DNA of 61,179 bases, taken from Perkinsus chesapeaki ATCC PRA-425 (Eukaryota > Protista > Perkinsozoa). The notes below the pieces were generated by a model. That model saw only the letters and a list, made by a program, of their open reading frames with translations. It had not been told where the DNA came from and did not search any database. The stretch spans positions 1 to 61,179 of the forward strand of contig JAAPAO010000152.1 of NCBI GenBank assembly GCA_013115145.1. Direction: 5' to 3'. This document shows, one piece after another, positions 22,401-35,434 of the stretch (within the stretch, counting starts at the first letter, position 1; every line of letters begins with the position of its first letter). The translations under genes and the position numbers were made by a program.

Positions 22401-25249
22401 GCACTTATATTCCACTTCTGCTTTATACGGTATATGCGTTATGTTATCACCAACACCAACAGCATGAGCCCCTTCTATCTCGGGTAATTGGCCTAAATGA
22501 CCGCTAACCATCACCACCACCACACCGCACTCTCCCTACAGTCAGCAGCACATACAGCGCCGCTAGGATTGGTGAACTTGCCGTCTTCGCTACACTTAAT
22601 CGTCACCTTATTCTCAGTGCTCCCTATTATACGAGCGTGGGCATTACATTCCTGAGCAAGGAGCTTAAGGCGAGCACTTAAACCACCAAACTCACCAGTT
22701 CCACAGACTGGCCCGCTGTGATGATAGACAGATTGCCGCCGCGGTTGGTGTTGGCCGTCCATTGGGGAGGAATGTCATCAACATCGCCACATCGAATGGC
22801 TTGGCAATAGTCTTCAGGAATGCTACACGACGACAAGGGAAAATATCCGGATAAGCAAGCTAGAAGATTCTGTAGTTGACGCTGATAACCATTGGTAAAA
22901 CATTTCCCATTGCTTTTAGAACACGCTGATGAGACAACAACCAGCCTACACGCTCAAGTCTATCATAGATTTCTAGAGTGATAGGATATATCCTATCTAA
23001 CCCGAATTGATAGGATATATCCTATCTAACCCGAAGTGATAGGATATATCCTATCTAACCCGAAGTGATAGGATATATCCTATCTAACCCGAAGTGATAG
23101 GATATATCCTATCTAACCCGAAGTGATAGGATATATCCTATCTAACCCGAAGTGATAGGATATATCCNNNNNNNNNNNNNNNNNNNNNNNNNNNNNNNNN
23201 NNNNNNNNNNNNNNNNNNNNNNNNNNNNNNNNNNNNNNNNNNNNNNNNNNNNNNNNNNNNNNNNNNCTATCTATATATTATTATTACTCCCATTCTCCAG
23301 CAGCATCACATTCCACAGCCAATGCCTTCTTTCCAGCCTCGCCATTAACAGCATAACCCGATGAACAAGTGTAGTTAACCTACTCCAATAATCCACTGTA
23401 CAACCTATTCCTTCTCCAATCTCCCTCACTACCTTATCTCCATATCGTGGCACAACTGCTGCGTTATCCAATGGTGAAGTCAACAATGCGTTTTCAACAT
23501 TAGGAGGCTTTTCATGGCACGCTATGCGCTCGCAAGGCGGCGACGTTGGACTCGAAATTTGCCTGATACAAGATTTATACAGTAAAACCACTACTATTGC
23601 TGGGGAAGCACAAATAAATGGGAAATACTACTAGTAACGAACTACAGTAATACTTACACAGTAACATCATCAGCTCCCCATACACTTAGGCATGGTAAAC
23701 TAAATTGGCCTGTCTCATCTTTAGTAGTATAGCCTGTATCACATGTATAAGTTAAGCGCTCCCCGACTCTAATAGATATCTGACACCTCTAGCTATCCCA
23801 CTATTCCCACTCCTCAGCTCCTTACCTCTCCCACTACAGATGTCTTGGCATTGGGCACATGGGGTGCTGTGTGGCACATTACCGGACTGCACGACGGCAG
23901 CGGCATCGGCTCCCAATGGCCATTTGGCCCGCAAAAACTACAAGTCCAATGACCGGATTTCCCTTCAAAAATCCCTACGCTTTGAAGTGATCGTTCTCAT
24001 GTGAACCATGGGCTTCTGGTACCCCTGCGGTGTATCCAGCGTGACATTGATATTCCACACCAGCATCACCATAGTATACTTTTGCATGGATATCCGATAC
24101 CTGGGCCTTACCACCCTTAATATAGGGAGGGGCACCACAGTTCACAGGCTGACAGCCAGACAAAGAGGATTGAAGGGGGACCTGGGCACAAACAAGTAGA
24201 AAGCTACTCCGACATAAAGCACCCTAATAGAGATCTAAGCATTTTACTGGTCAAAAATGAAGTTGATAGTTCCGAGAGGCACCATACTGGTAACGTATTG
24301 CAATGCTTAAGTATCGCGTCTTGATTATATACACCCAGGAATTGATGTTTAACTGATAGGTGACCATATTCAGTGTCCATGTACATACACCAAGGTAACC
24401 TTGGCAAGGTTAAATAATTACGGCATTATCCCGTCCCTCTATATTTAACATTATTCATTATTAAAATACTACTACCATCACTACACTTCCACACCGACCC
24501 AGCAGCACACTCCCGTACACTGTATAATCCCCATCAGTTTAACGACCCCCTTCCCCTTGCCCTCTTATTACCATTTGCCCTTCATCATTGCATAGATATA
24601 CAATCTTCTTCGGTCCAGTAGGGTACCCATCCCCAGTGTGTCCCAACGCACATGTGTAATTAGCAGTTTCACCCGGCAAAAGAAAATCTATACGAGCCAT
24701 GGCGTCTCCTACCAGATGGGCCGCGGAAGTCGGAGACTTTCCCTGAGAGCACCTTGCTACCACAGCAACACTTCTACGTTCATACCGATTCTTCGAATAA
24801 AGTTCCGTTGGGTATCGTAAGCGGAACTTCAGTGCACCTCTTCTTGGCGCAATTTAACACACCGACGTAAGTTCCAAGAGCCGAGCACCGCACTATAAAG
24901 GATTTGTTATCGTCGGGAGTAACAGCTCCAGGATCGCCTGCCAAAGTAATAATACCACATTTCCGTCAAATGAGACGCCTACATGTATATTCCACTACAG
25001 TATCCCCATCAATAGACCGCCACGTCCAGCTAGCATGCTCTACTTCGGGAGGGGAGCCTTTACAACGGTTACCTGCGACTACTCATACCGACTTTTCCTC
25101 AGATCTTGCAGAGAACTACCCAACGGGGATCCTTTGAGCAGCATTGCACGCCCACTTTCTATTGAGAGGCCTTCTACATTGACTAGCCCCAAAAAGGCAA
25201 CAAGCCCAGAAGGGACCATAACAGTAAAAAAGTTAATAATGTCTGGCAT
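19407..25249 (-). CDS. Large multi-sushi/CCP surface protein with mucin-like and His-rich repeats; probable GPI anchor
   Basis: Signal-like MPDIINFFTVMVPSGLVAFLGLVNVEG. Repeated CCP-like segments (CKGSPPEVEHA...VEYTC; CGAPPYIKGG...VEYQCHAGY; CHEKPPNVENA; VEFVCDDKW; VCRKDGTW...C). Hydrophobic C-terminus ...LPLSIIVLTLMLCFAHAC* with no tail. Spans two assembly gaps. Confidence 0.72.
19843..20240 (-). repeat. 39-bp coding tandem repeat (GHHMHGDAIDPTA / GHHMHGDAMYPDA), at least 7 copies
   Basis: Units are directly visible on both sides of the gap at 20118-20216. Confidence 0.95.
20118..20216. other. Assembly gap (99 N) inside the 39-bp repeat
   Basis: Run of N. Confidence 1.
20823..20999 (-). 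repeat. 42-bp coding tandem repeat (DTPPPPGVSDPVHL), 4 copies
   Basis: GTATCCAAATGTACGGG recurs at 20823, 20865, 20907 and 20949. Confidence 0.95.
22978..23273. repeat. 29-bp tandem array with a perfect 18-bp palindrome per unit, intronic
   Basis: Unit GTGATAGGATATATCCTATCTAACCCGAA: 6 full copies plus a partial one, running into the gap; CTATCTA resumes after the gap. Confidence 0.95.
23168..23266. other. Assembly gap (99 N) inside the 29-bp array
   Basis: Run of N. Confidence 1.
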
Positions 25250-25650
25250 TATACAGTACTATCCCAAATTCATAAACACCAAACTACGATTTAACGGAAA
25301 TGTGGTAGCATTCTGTAATGATTCATCATCAAACTCTGTTGTTGCTGTTGGACGGTGAGCAATACTAGGAAATCACCATCACTAGGCCGTTACCAGCCAT
25401 AATCATCATCGACAGGAAAGAATTCTACTACACAGCAGCTGCAACAAACACCACCTTAACGGGATACATACACCGGCACTATAAGGTAATGGTCGCACAC
25501 TAGTAGCAGTAGTCAACGCCAACAACAAGAGCTATCGCCAACACTAGGCTTGAAAAACAACAACACATGCCCTATTACAGGGGAAGTGTATGAATATCGT
25601 TGGCGAGGACGACAAACAGTGGTGAATGGTGCCGCAGCAGCATCAGCAAC

Positions 25651-26305
25651 TTAGCTCTTGTAGGGAATGCAAAGGTTGGTACCCTTCTCCATAGCACCCG
25701 AAGCAACTACAAGTCCAACGATAAGACCGTAGAGACCAAGAGCTTCGGCGAAGATCAATATAAGGATCATACCAACGAACAACTTGCCATTGGAAAGAGC
25801 GTTGCACCTGGGAGAGGGAAGATACTAAACAGCAGGGGACAAGGGTTGGGTAGTACCTCACACCGATATCACCGACGATGCCGATAGCGTATCCAGCAGC
25901 CCAGGCAGAGAAACCGACAGTAAGTCCGGCAGAGAGCAGGGCGTAAGCCTGGAAAGGGTTACAAAACGAAAAAGGACAAGGGTTAGCTTACCGAGTAGGG
26001 GCTGAGGGCAGCAGGGTTCTCGAGCTTACCATTAATGATAACGGAAGTGATAAGACCGTAAATACCCAATACACCAGCCATAACAACGGGAATGAGAGAT
26101 CGCATAACGAGATCACCTGAAGTGAGGCGGCGGTAAACGACCACTAGTGGCGAGTGCCAATGTTGACATCTTACTTCTCATAACACCCATACCGGAGATA
26201 CCAACACCAGCCTTGCAGGTGCCATAGGCAGCCCCAAGGTTAGCTAGACTGATGGATGCAGCAATGCCAAGAGAGGCAAGGAAGAAGTTAGTAGGAGAGC
26301 AGTAC
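25651..26305 (-). CDS. VMA3: V-type ATPase V0 proteolipid subunit c; first short exon not located
   Basis: [50 protein letters not shown] and [16 protein letters not shown] (conserved Glu). Confidence 0.95.
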
Positions 26306-28977
26306 CTAATAGGGAATTGCGCAGACTATAGACGACCGTCTATAAGGGACGGAAATCAAATATTAACGTCGAAATGGAAGAAGAGATACAAAGGAACAAG
26401 CGATACTTTGAAAAATAACGAAGAGGGGTAAAGATATCGTCTACAATAACATAAGAAAATTAAATAAATAATACGCTGAGGAATCGCTCGAAAAGGGAAG
26501 TCCATTTCGACCTATAACGAATCTTTACGAAAATAAGTTGAAGATATCCCTTCCCTGACGTACATGCCCTCCTGAGCAGCTAGTGCGGTAGATACGGCGA
26601 ACATAGTGTCCTTCTAGAAGCTGGACGACACGGTGACCAAAAAACTATTCAGCGCGCTGGGGCCAAGCTTAGACGGGCGGGCGCGAACAAGCTGAAATAT
26701 TAAGAAAATGCAAGATTCGCTAGGAAGTTCGCGGCGTTGAGTAGTTGTAAGAATATGCAAGACCTGCAAGATTCTATGCCATACACTTGTGCTTTTTTTG
26801 GCATGGGATCAAAGGAGCTGGAAAGAATATGGCAATGTTGTATGAGGGAGGCTGATGATGATAAGAAGCCTCGACCATGCACACTCGCCAGGACTGGTAG
26901 TAATGGGTCAGAAATATATCGCATAACGGGGTAAATCTTACTAGGAGAAGAGATGGAGCTAAACCGTGCTGTGAGCTTAGATTCAATATTCTTGAGGAAA
27001 ACTGGGGCAGTACAGCGAATCAGTATGTCGAGAACTCCTGTGTGCGAATTTAGTTTTTTACAGTACGACGCTTTTTCCCGCAATGTCCAACTCCTAACTC
27101 GTTTTTTGACGTTGGCACACTCCCCTCACACTGTGGAGTTGGCAGTGCCGTTTTTATTGTTTGAGATGTGAACTTTCCTTACTGAAACATTTCCTCTTCA
27201 GCTGCCGGAGTAATGCTCCTTTTGATACTATCATTGTGGTGGAAAAGATCATATCAACAACGTAGATGTCAGGAGGAAGTCCGAGGATTAGCAGATAAGA
27301 TAGTAAAAACTATGCTTAATGAGGATACTAATAATAGGACCAAAGGATGTAGTATGGGTGGAGACGGTCGCCTATGATTTAGTCTTGTAGAATAGTGTGG
27401 GAAAGATCGGCTTCGTGGATTAGTTATCAAGTTGCGGTTGAGTGGCTACTGCTACCTAAGATAATAGTACAGTGTTCTGCAGCATTATAACTGTATAGCT
27501 ATCCACATGACCACACGACTTGGTATAAAATAGTAAGAGAATGTGTGCTCACTAGGGAAGAAATTTGTATTGTATGGAAATTTGTTGAAATCTGTTATTG
27601 GTTTGTAATATATATACAGCGCTATCGGTAGCTGGAGTGACGAGCTTGCGTGAAGCGTACAGACCGACGTTCGCTTGAGCTGTGTGTCTCCTTGGCACAT
27701 TATTATGTAACAATGAGTAAATATCAGGCTGTTATACTACACATCAGTTGTTACTGTACAGGTTGTATTTATCTATACCACTCTTTTCTCTAATCTCAGT
27801 GATCCGTTGCCTGCGGTGCCTAGCTCTGGTCCCTCGACCAAACCTTGACCTCCATGAGCTCCACCATCAACGTATACCACACACCTGCCGAGCTGCGATT
27901 CATACTTGTAGAGACACTAGACGAGCAGGAGTGGTGAATTTCTCGGAATGGGTACGGAATTTACAGAGCGGTATAGGTCATGAAGACGGCATGGCTGTTC
28001 ACAGAAGCAACTTGTAGCTTCCAGTTTGTCACTGTAGTATTTACTTGCTCTGTTATTTTATGATAGAGGAGTGTTGTGTTTATGTTAGAGGGGCGGGAGC
28101 TGGGCAATATAGCTCTACGTGGGGGGATTTCGGGTTTACTGGTGTTCAATAATATCACTATGGAGGCCTGTCTAGAGCGTTAATGGTGAACTATAAGCCA
28201 CTTCGTTGGGTCTGGACAAAATATTGGATTGTGACTCCGCAGTGTGGTGATAGGATTCCTTATTGCTGATCATCACAAGGTAAGTTGCGATTGTGGGGAT
28301 TCAATTGCCCCTGGGCCAGCGATCTGGTAGGAAGCACAGATAGTCCTTCTACTCGAGGTTTGGACATTATATGATATAATGATAATATATAATATAATGA
28401 TATAATTTATATCGATAAAATGGGATGAAGAATATAGGTTAGCTCAAATATATAGGTTTGAACATATATTACAATTGTATAGGTAGATAAGGTAGATAAG
28501 TACTATAGTACATGTACACCATTGAAGACTACTACTACTTGTGTTATTAGCATTTAATACGCTTAATGCAGCGTAACGTGTTATAGCCACATGCTTATCG
28601 CTGTGCCATGTAGCCTTAATTGAATGCCATCGCCCAAGCATCTTTTATTAATACTGTTATTATAGCTGACAATAGAGTATCGGCGTATATGAAATAATAG
28701 TATTTGGAGACATTTAGGGATATTATTGTTGAATGTTACATACGGAACTTCCACAAAAGGCGCATTATGATTGATGATAAAGCTCGTCGACTATTACATA
28801 CACTTCTTAAACATTCGCGATGCTTCCAACTTCTTAATGAAAATATAGTTTAATCACAAAAGCGTCCTCCGCATAGTATTTCACGCCATCGGAATCTTTG
28901 AAGTCCTTAAATCTTATTCGCTGGTAGCAACGGAAACGCTAGTGCTCCTCCTCAAGTTGTGTTGATATTATATTAAT

Positions 28978-30330
28978 ATGGCTCGCCCCGCTGGTCCAAA
29001 GGAGTTCCTTTGTCTCCGCCTCGCTAAGTTGGATGCCTGTTTTGATGAGGATAAGCCTCTTATTCCAGGAAGCATCTGGGAATATATACCACCAATCCAG
29101 CCAGGGAAATTTGAACAGGTTAAGGAGTTCAAACAGTGGTTGATCAGACATAGGCCTATACCTTACCATGGCACAAATAAGCACTATTCCCAGGGCACCT
29201 TCGTTATACGCAAACGCAAGAGCGATTGGGGCTGCTGGGGCTTCCAGTTGGACTTCATCAATTGCAAGGTCGCCGATGAGGTCTTCCGAGCATTCTGGTC
29301 TATTCCTGTCAAAGCGGATACGCCTGTTGGAAACAGCGTCACTGCGCCACAAAAATCTGGAGATGATACTAACGGTATAGTTGAAGCTGATGGTGATTCC
29401 GATGAGTATGATGACAGCGAGGTGGATTCTGATTCTTGGGACGACCCCTATGGAATTCCCTCCGACAGCTCTGGTTACTCCTATGGGCGCTCAACCGAGT
29501 CGGAGGAGATTCACCAGGACCGCCGATGGTTGGAGACGGTGGCTTGCTGCGAGGGCACCTATAGCCGAGCTATAGTATTCCAAGACCATCTGTACTACTC
29601 GGTGGAGGAAGACGGGAGTAACTTGCGATGGAGGGGACTTAAACCGGAAAGTTCGTTAACGAGGACGATACCTTTGCCAGCTGGGGAGGATAGTCTTTTG
29701 GAGCTTGGCGCCGTGAAGGGGTTCCTATACATTGTGGGGGGAAGCAGGAAAGTGTATGTTCTTAGAGAGGGCAAGAGCTGGAAATATATCCTTACTTTCA
29801 ACGAAAGGAGCAATCATGTCTTGCAAGATGCTCTGGTGGATGAGGATGGTTTGCCGTATAAAATAATGTACTTCCAGTATAAGCACGATCCATTTGGTAC
29901 GGAGCTTGTGGTTTGGGACCGTGAAAGTGGAGGCATCACGGTAGTAGCACCGAACCTCGGTTTGGAGGTGTGCAAGTTCCTACCGCACACAGGAGAGATG
30001 CTCGGCGTCGGTGTCGTTCGGGACCCCTCTGAGCGCATTGCTGTCTTTCGTATGGATGATGGGCATGTCTTTGTTAATGGTAAAGAGGATTATATATTCA
30101 ACTATCCGGGCGAGGTTGTCTCGTTCGAAGTGGACGGCAACTGGCGAGTCACCCTCATCGGAGACAGTATGAAGTACGGCTGCCATGAGACGATATCCTT
30201 TCCGCTTCATTTTGAATGGGAGCTCTCGGCGGCAGCCGGGGGAGGAGGAGGAGGAGAGCTGGGGGAGTCTGAGAAGAATGGTGCAGGCGGCGAGGATAGG
30301 CAATCTACAGTGGTTACGAGGGCGGCGTGA
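28978..30330 (+). CDS. Hypothetical 450-aa protein, single exon
   Basis: Long ATG-initiated ORF with an acidic D/S linker and a beta-rich-looking C-terminal half. No family recognised. Confidence 0.7.
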   Translation: MARPAGPKEFLCLRLAKLDACFDEDKPLIPGSIWEYIPPIQPGKFEQVKEFKQWLIRHRPIPYHGTNKHYSQGTFVIRKRKSDWGCWGFQLDFINCKVADEVFRAFWSIPVKADTPVGNSVTAPQKSGDDTNGIVEADGDSDEYDDSEVDSDSWDDPYGIPSDSSGYSYGRSTESEEIHQDRRWLETVACCEGTYSRAIVFQDHLYYSVEEDGSNLRWRGLKPESSLTRTIPLPAGEDSLLELGAVKGFLYIVGGSRKVYVLREGKSWKYILTFNERSNHVLQDALVDEDGLPYKIMYFQYKHDPFGTELVVWDRESGGITVVAPNLGLEVCKFLPHTGEMLGVGVVRDPSERIAVFRMDDGHVFVNGKEDYIFNYPGEVVSFEVDGNWRVTLIGDSMKYGCHETISFPLHFEWELSAAAGGGGGGELGESEKNGAGGEDRQSTVVTRAA

Positions 30331-30560
30331 TGCGACTGTCGATGACGGAGGTAGGTGAGGCTTTGCTTGTACATGGGATTTTCATTGCTACCTCAGGTCA
30401 ATTCGCCGCCGTATTAATTCATTTATTATTATCTTAGAATATGAATATGGTAATTCGCCATTATTTTCCTTTTTCTTGCATCGTCTTTAGTTTGCGTGCT
30501 GGAATGTTGGTCATCAGTTTGTTTAAGTCTCATGACCATCTTCTACCATCTCCGGTTGTC

Positions 30561-33500
30561 ATGTCCTTCTCATTAAAGTGTGTTCACTCCTCTTCCTCCT
30601 CTACCCCTCGGTACTGGCTGCATCCCACCAAGCCGCTTGCCATGCACCAGGCATCCTCTAGTGTCCGAACTGTTTGGGACTACTGCTCCAATCGATATCG
30701 CTACCTTCGGTCTCTGGAGGGTGGCCAAGTTCTCGATGCATGGTTCTCTGGAGATGGTGCTGACATGTACACCATTGAAAGCACTGGAGTTGCTATAGTG
30801 TGGAGTGTGAAGCGTCAGTCGTGCAGCAGCACGCTGCCTTTGCTGCCCGGCGACCAGGAGGAGTCTTTGCTCCTCGCGTCTGTTTGCGAGGAGCGTTCTG
30901 GTCCGCTGGTCGAATTGTGTGTCCTGTCGAAGGGTTTACATCTGTTGCACTTATCACTCGATACACGACAACGTTCGGTATATGTCCGAAAATGCGTGGA
31001 CGTCTGGCAGCCGGGCGCTCCTCCAAAAGGACTTGTATGTTTGCCAACTGACGAGGGAATATCTGCAGCTCTTCTGGTCGGGGATGGTAGTGATGTCACT
31101 TTTTATTCGTTCGATCGAAGCCCTGATTCAGTACCGGTGACTAGAATGATACCAACAGGTGGCTCGCTCGTAGCCATGGCTAAGGGCGGGGCGTCTACTG
31201 TAGTGTTGCTATCAGCTGCAGGTCACTTAACTTCTATCCAAGGGGAATTCATAAAGCAGGTTAACACAACCGAGGGGAAGGTGGTGACGCAACTCTGGCA
31301 GGGTGTCGGAGGCACATGCATCTTTATGGCCGACCAAGGTGCTTTTGGTCTAATCGAAAATTGCGAGATGGTTGGAACGCGTATCCTTCCACTGAGATGT
31401 CCGCAGACGTATGGATCTGTTCAAGCGTGTAGCAGTGTCGACATGGCTTTGTTGGTGCAGTCTGACGGAACCGTGCAGATCATCGATACTCGATCGTCCG
31501 GCCTTGTGAGCTCCTCCGCCCCTAGCGGGCTATCGACGGGAAGCCGCATTGTTGATAGCTACTCTGGGGGAGTCGTGTGTAGAGACGATTGGAAAGTCGT
31601 AGTGCTTCACGGCCCAAGCCAGACTAGGCATGGTTCGCTGGAGGTGGCTAGAGGTGTCAGAATAACGGCATTGTCGGTGATGGAACCATTGATGTGGGTG
31701 GGCTACAGTGATGGTGAGATAATAACATATGTACTGGATGGAAAGGAATGGAGGAAGAGGAGTGAGTATTCATGCGACCAGGCACCCGTCTGGATGAGCG
31801 CAGTGAAGGGAGCGAGGGAGGCATATATCGTATTCGATGACGGTCGTGTAGGCCTTCTCGAAGAGTCGCCCAAGTCTGGCGATCTGCAAATGCGACAGGA
31901 GTTCGAGTTTGACGGAGAAGTATGTAAGCGAGTGGAAGCGGTCTCTCGGGGATCGGCACGTGGGGACGATCGGTACTGTGTTGCGGAGGTAGGGGAGAGG
32001 ATAGTGCTCTATGAAATATACCGGCTGGGTAAGTCACTGGTGCACTCGGGGTTGAGGAAATTCAAGTGGGAGCAAGATTGCAAGTGGTGCCTGAGCAGTA
32101 ATGCATCGTTCATGACTGTCTTGCGGCATAGTGAAGGCCAAAGTGAAATTGAAGTGGCACGGCTGTTGGATTGTACGGGTGGGATTTCCAACGATACGGA
32201 TATTCGAACGATTTTCCTGCCGGAGGAAGCTGCGTGCTGGCAAGCGATGACCATCAGCGATGATGAGCGGTACGGCGGTGGAGTCTGCGTAGTTCGCCCA
32301 CGATCTTCTTTGCAGGTACGCGGTGGTCCTCAGTAGCCCAGGCGGCGGCCAGCAGGTCTTGGTTTTGAAGTTGGATCCAGACTTTAGCAATACTTGTGCT
32401 AGGTTACTTACTGATGGCAGCATAACCACCCTCGCCGTTGCTGGGGGGTTGTTGTATTTGGGTAACCGGGATGGGGCGGTAGAGATATGGACAGTGAAGG
32501 ACTGGCCGGAGCCGAGGGGAATGGAGGGGCAGCAGCGGAGTGGATGTGGGAAATCTCGACTTTCTACCAGCTCGAGTCGTGATGTTGTGGTGGCCGCCCG
32601 AGAGATGGGTCTATGCAGGAGATGGCTGCCACCGGAGGAGCCTCTACCAGCTCGCCTGTGTTGCAACGTTCCCAGTGAAGCTGATCATAGGACAGTCTCG
32701 AGCACGCAGACCTCTATTGTGGAGAGGGCCTTCAATAGTATGGATCGATTCGATGGGAGCCAATCTACCCTGTGAGGGAGCCAAGCAGCTGTGTGCCGGT
32801 TGAAGGCATCGCCGTACGACCAGTGTTACTATTTCCTCAACTATTTGTAATATAACATGCCCACTGATGGTGTACTCCAACGGCCCTTGCGTTTCATCTT
32901 GTCTTCTTCACGAGCTCGTCGGTCAGCCTTTTCCTACCACATGGCAGCCCGCTCGGGATCCGCCGCCAAATCATCAAGTGGTGATTCTAAAAGCTATCTC
33001 AATCAGCCATATAGCGACTTGGTCAGTAGAGTAGTTGTTGCCCTGAGTAAGGTGTTCCATTACGCCTCGGTAACAGCGAACTCGAATGATGACGATGACG
33101 ACAGCCGGGACTTCATGCGCCTTGATGAGTAAGGACGCTCGTAACAGTGAGAATCAGTTTGGGCTTTCCTCGGCAATGCGGTCGTGAAATAGTCTTTTCG
33201 CTTCGCAGCGCTGTGTTTCGAGGGCCTCGAGGTCTCCGCTGGATTGGTAGGTTCCTGGCCGTTGACAGGAAGCTGAGGTTATGGATGAAGATTGGTGATG
33301 TTATGCCGGATGGGACCATGAATGTGTCTACTGGCGAGAGAGCAGCCAAGAGTTGGTTCAACTTCAAGGAGCGTCAGAGGGTCACACTTGCTGCCTTTTT
33401 TCCCGTTAATCGGCTGTCTCAGTCCTCAACAATGAGTCCCCTCGGCGTCATCGAGCAAGGTGCCTTCCTAGAGCGCTGGTGCTCTTTCATAGTATCTCCG

Positions 33501-33987
33501 GAAAGGGGCTGGTCGACTGACGGCAAAGACAAATGCCAGAGTCTCGTAGAATCAATAGAAGCCTTCGCATGCTCGGAGTAGCCACATGATGCTGCTACTA
33601 ACAGTTTCCAGCCTACGCCACTTTCAGGTGCTCCTCGGGGGAGATCCCTGTGGGGACTGAGAGGGACGTTTTCACGCCTACAGCAGCAGAGATGAGGAGG
33701 TTTTACTCCTCTGTCCTCCACGGCTGTCTCACATACAGCGGTGCACGGCAAAGATTTTCCGAGCTGAGCGTGGAGGTGAGCGAACAACTTGCTCAAGTTT
33801 GCATCAGATGATTATGATTTCGTTCATTCAGCTAGCCGTCCAATTTCCGCGCTCTGTGGAGGAGATCTGTCAGGCTGAGGAACTTGGAGTCCTTGGCCTG
33901 GACGTGCTTTATGACGATGCTTCCGCAGTGAGGCAACAGTTCAATGACTTGGGGCTGAGGCTGCAGGCGTTGGTTCAAGCGGAGTAA
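30561..33987 (+). CDS. WD40/beta-propeller repeat protein, multi-exon; 3' end approximate
   Basis: WD-like repeats such as ITALSVMEPLMWVGYSDGEIITY and ITTLAVAGGLLYLGNRDGAVEIW. Long first exon to ~32330, then co-oriented open segments. Confidence 0.65.
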
Positions 33988-35434
33988 GTGTCCCTGGTTT
34001 GTGAGGCAATCCTTATTGATAGCCCCATGAGAACGCCGCTCCTTGAACATAGTGAGTAAATCGGATCGGTTTCTCTACAAGGACCGAGCTCTTATCGAGA
34101 AAATCTTTTAGCTGGCTCGACAGCTCTAGACGCACGCTTCACATAATAGAGGTTTAATGCATGACGAGGTGGTGGTGAAACATTCATCGTAGCCGTGGCG
34201 GCTTAAGGAGAGTTGCTTAGTTGCACTGTAAAAGAGAAGAACCTCATCCACGAGTATTATTGAAACATGATATAGTGGACAGTGTATAAGTTCATACTGT
34301 ATCAAATGATAATAGTGAAGATGAATATATAACACTATAGAGTTCAATGTACGGGTATGTTTTGATGAAGCAGGCATGAGAGAAATCGTTAAGAAAACTA
34401 CGAACTTGAAGTTACGGGGATTCAGGATGCGATAGATATTCTGATTCCCCGTTACTTCACGTATCGGACGGTGTAATTCGTAATGTAATTTCCTTCACAT
34501 TGTAATCTTCGGACATTGTAACTTTTTGCAGCATCTCAGCCCCATCGAAAGTTTTACTAGGTTTGATAACGTACCGCATAGATGATGATATTGAATGGTG
34601 TATTCTGCATCATACAATATACTCTATGGATCCTAATACTATATAATATACAGTATTCCATTAGTAAACTTCTATTAGATATATCTCAAGCAAGCTCCCA
34701 TCCAAGGGCAGGGTCCAGGAGGATGCTCGGCTCTTCCATGCCAACAGTATAATAAACATTATCGATATTGTTTCGGGAACACTCAAATTCGACAGCATCG
34801 AGAGCTTCGTCTCTGGCGTGAGAATTATAATGTCGGAGGAGCAGGTGAATATCTGTCCTCATCGCAAGTTCATTGCTCCACATCTCAGCTCAATCGTCAC
34901 GATCTCCGCATCCTTGCAGTCGATAACCAAATTCAGGGATGTATATCCCCCTCGGCACACGTAGGACTACCCGCACCGATCATGATTCTCGAAATGAATT
35001 CAGGAGCAGATCTCGTGGTCGTTACGAGCGCCTTGGATGCCTCCAGGAATTGACCTGTTCATCGGTGTGTGCCAGTTTGTATGCTGTCTAAGGCTGCAGC
35101 TAGCCAGTGTGTGGTCTTCCCGGAGGGAGTATTCTGTGAGGGTAGGGTGCCTCCATATAGAAAGGGGCGATACGGGTTTGCGGTAGGAATACAGGGCACT
35201 GTGGGAAAGGCAAAGATCGCTCCTTATGGCTACTGTGGTCAACGATTCAGCAACCGCGAAAGATATTATTGAGGTTAGTTCGCAGCTTTCGGCAGCTCGC
35301 CATTCTAATGACTGCTCAGGAAACACCTGGAATCATAGTCGATGAGCTGTGTGAGCTTCCGAGCCTGAGAACACCTATCCATTTTTCAGCATGGCATGGC
35401 AACATAGAACTCTGCCAGTAAAACTTCCGCATGA

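Noticed and set aside
22996-23004. TAACCC telomere-like hexamer in the 29-bp unit
   Set aside because: One hexamer per unit, with no tandem telomeric tract.
22978-23273. CRISPR array interpretation of the palindromic 29-bp repeat
   Set aside because: Units are head-to-tail with a constant linker; there are no unique spacers, no cas genes, and the context is eukaryotic.
26737-27171. Short ORFs in the divergent gap
   Set aside because: No recognisable motif or consistent splice model.
32034-32666. 210-aa - strand ORF, and similar antisense ORFs over the WD40, ankyrin and importin genes
   Set aside because: They overlap well-supported genes on the opposite strand and have no motifs.
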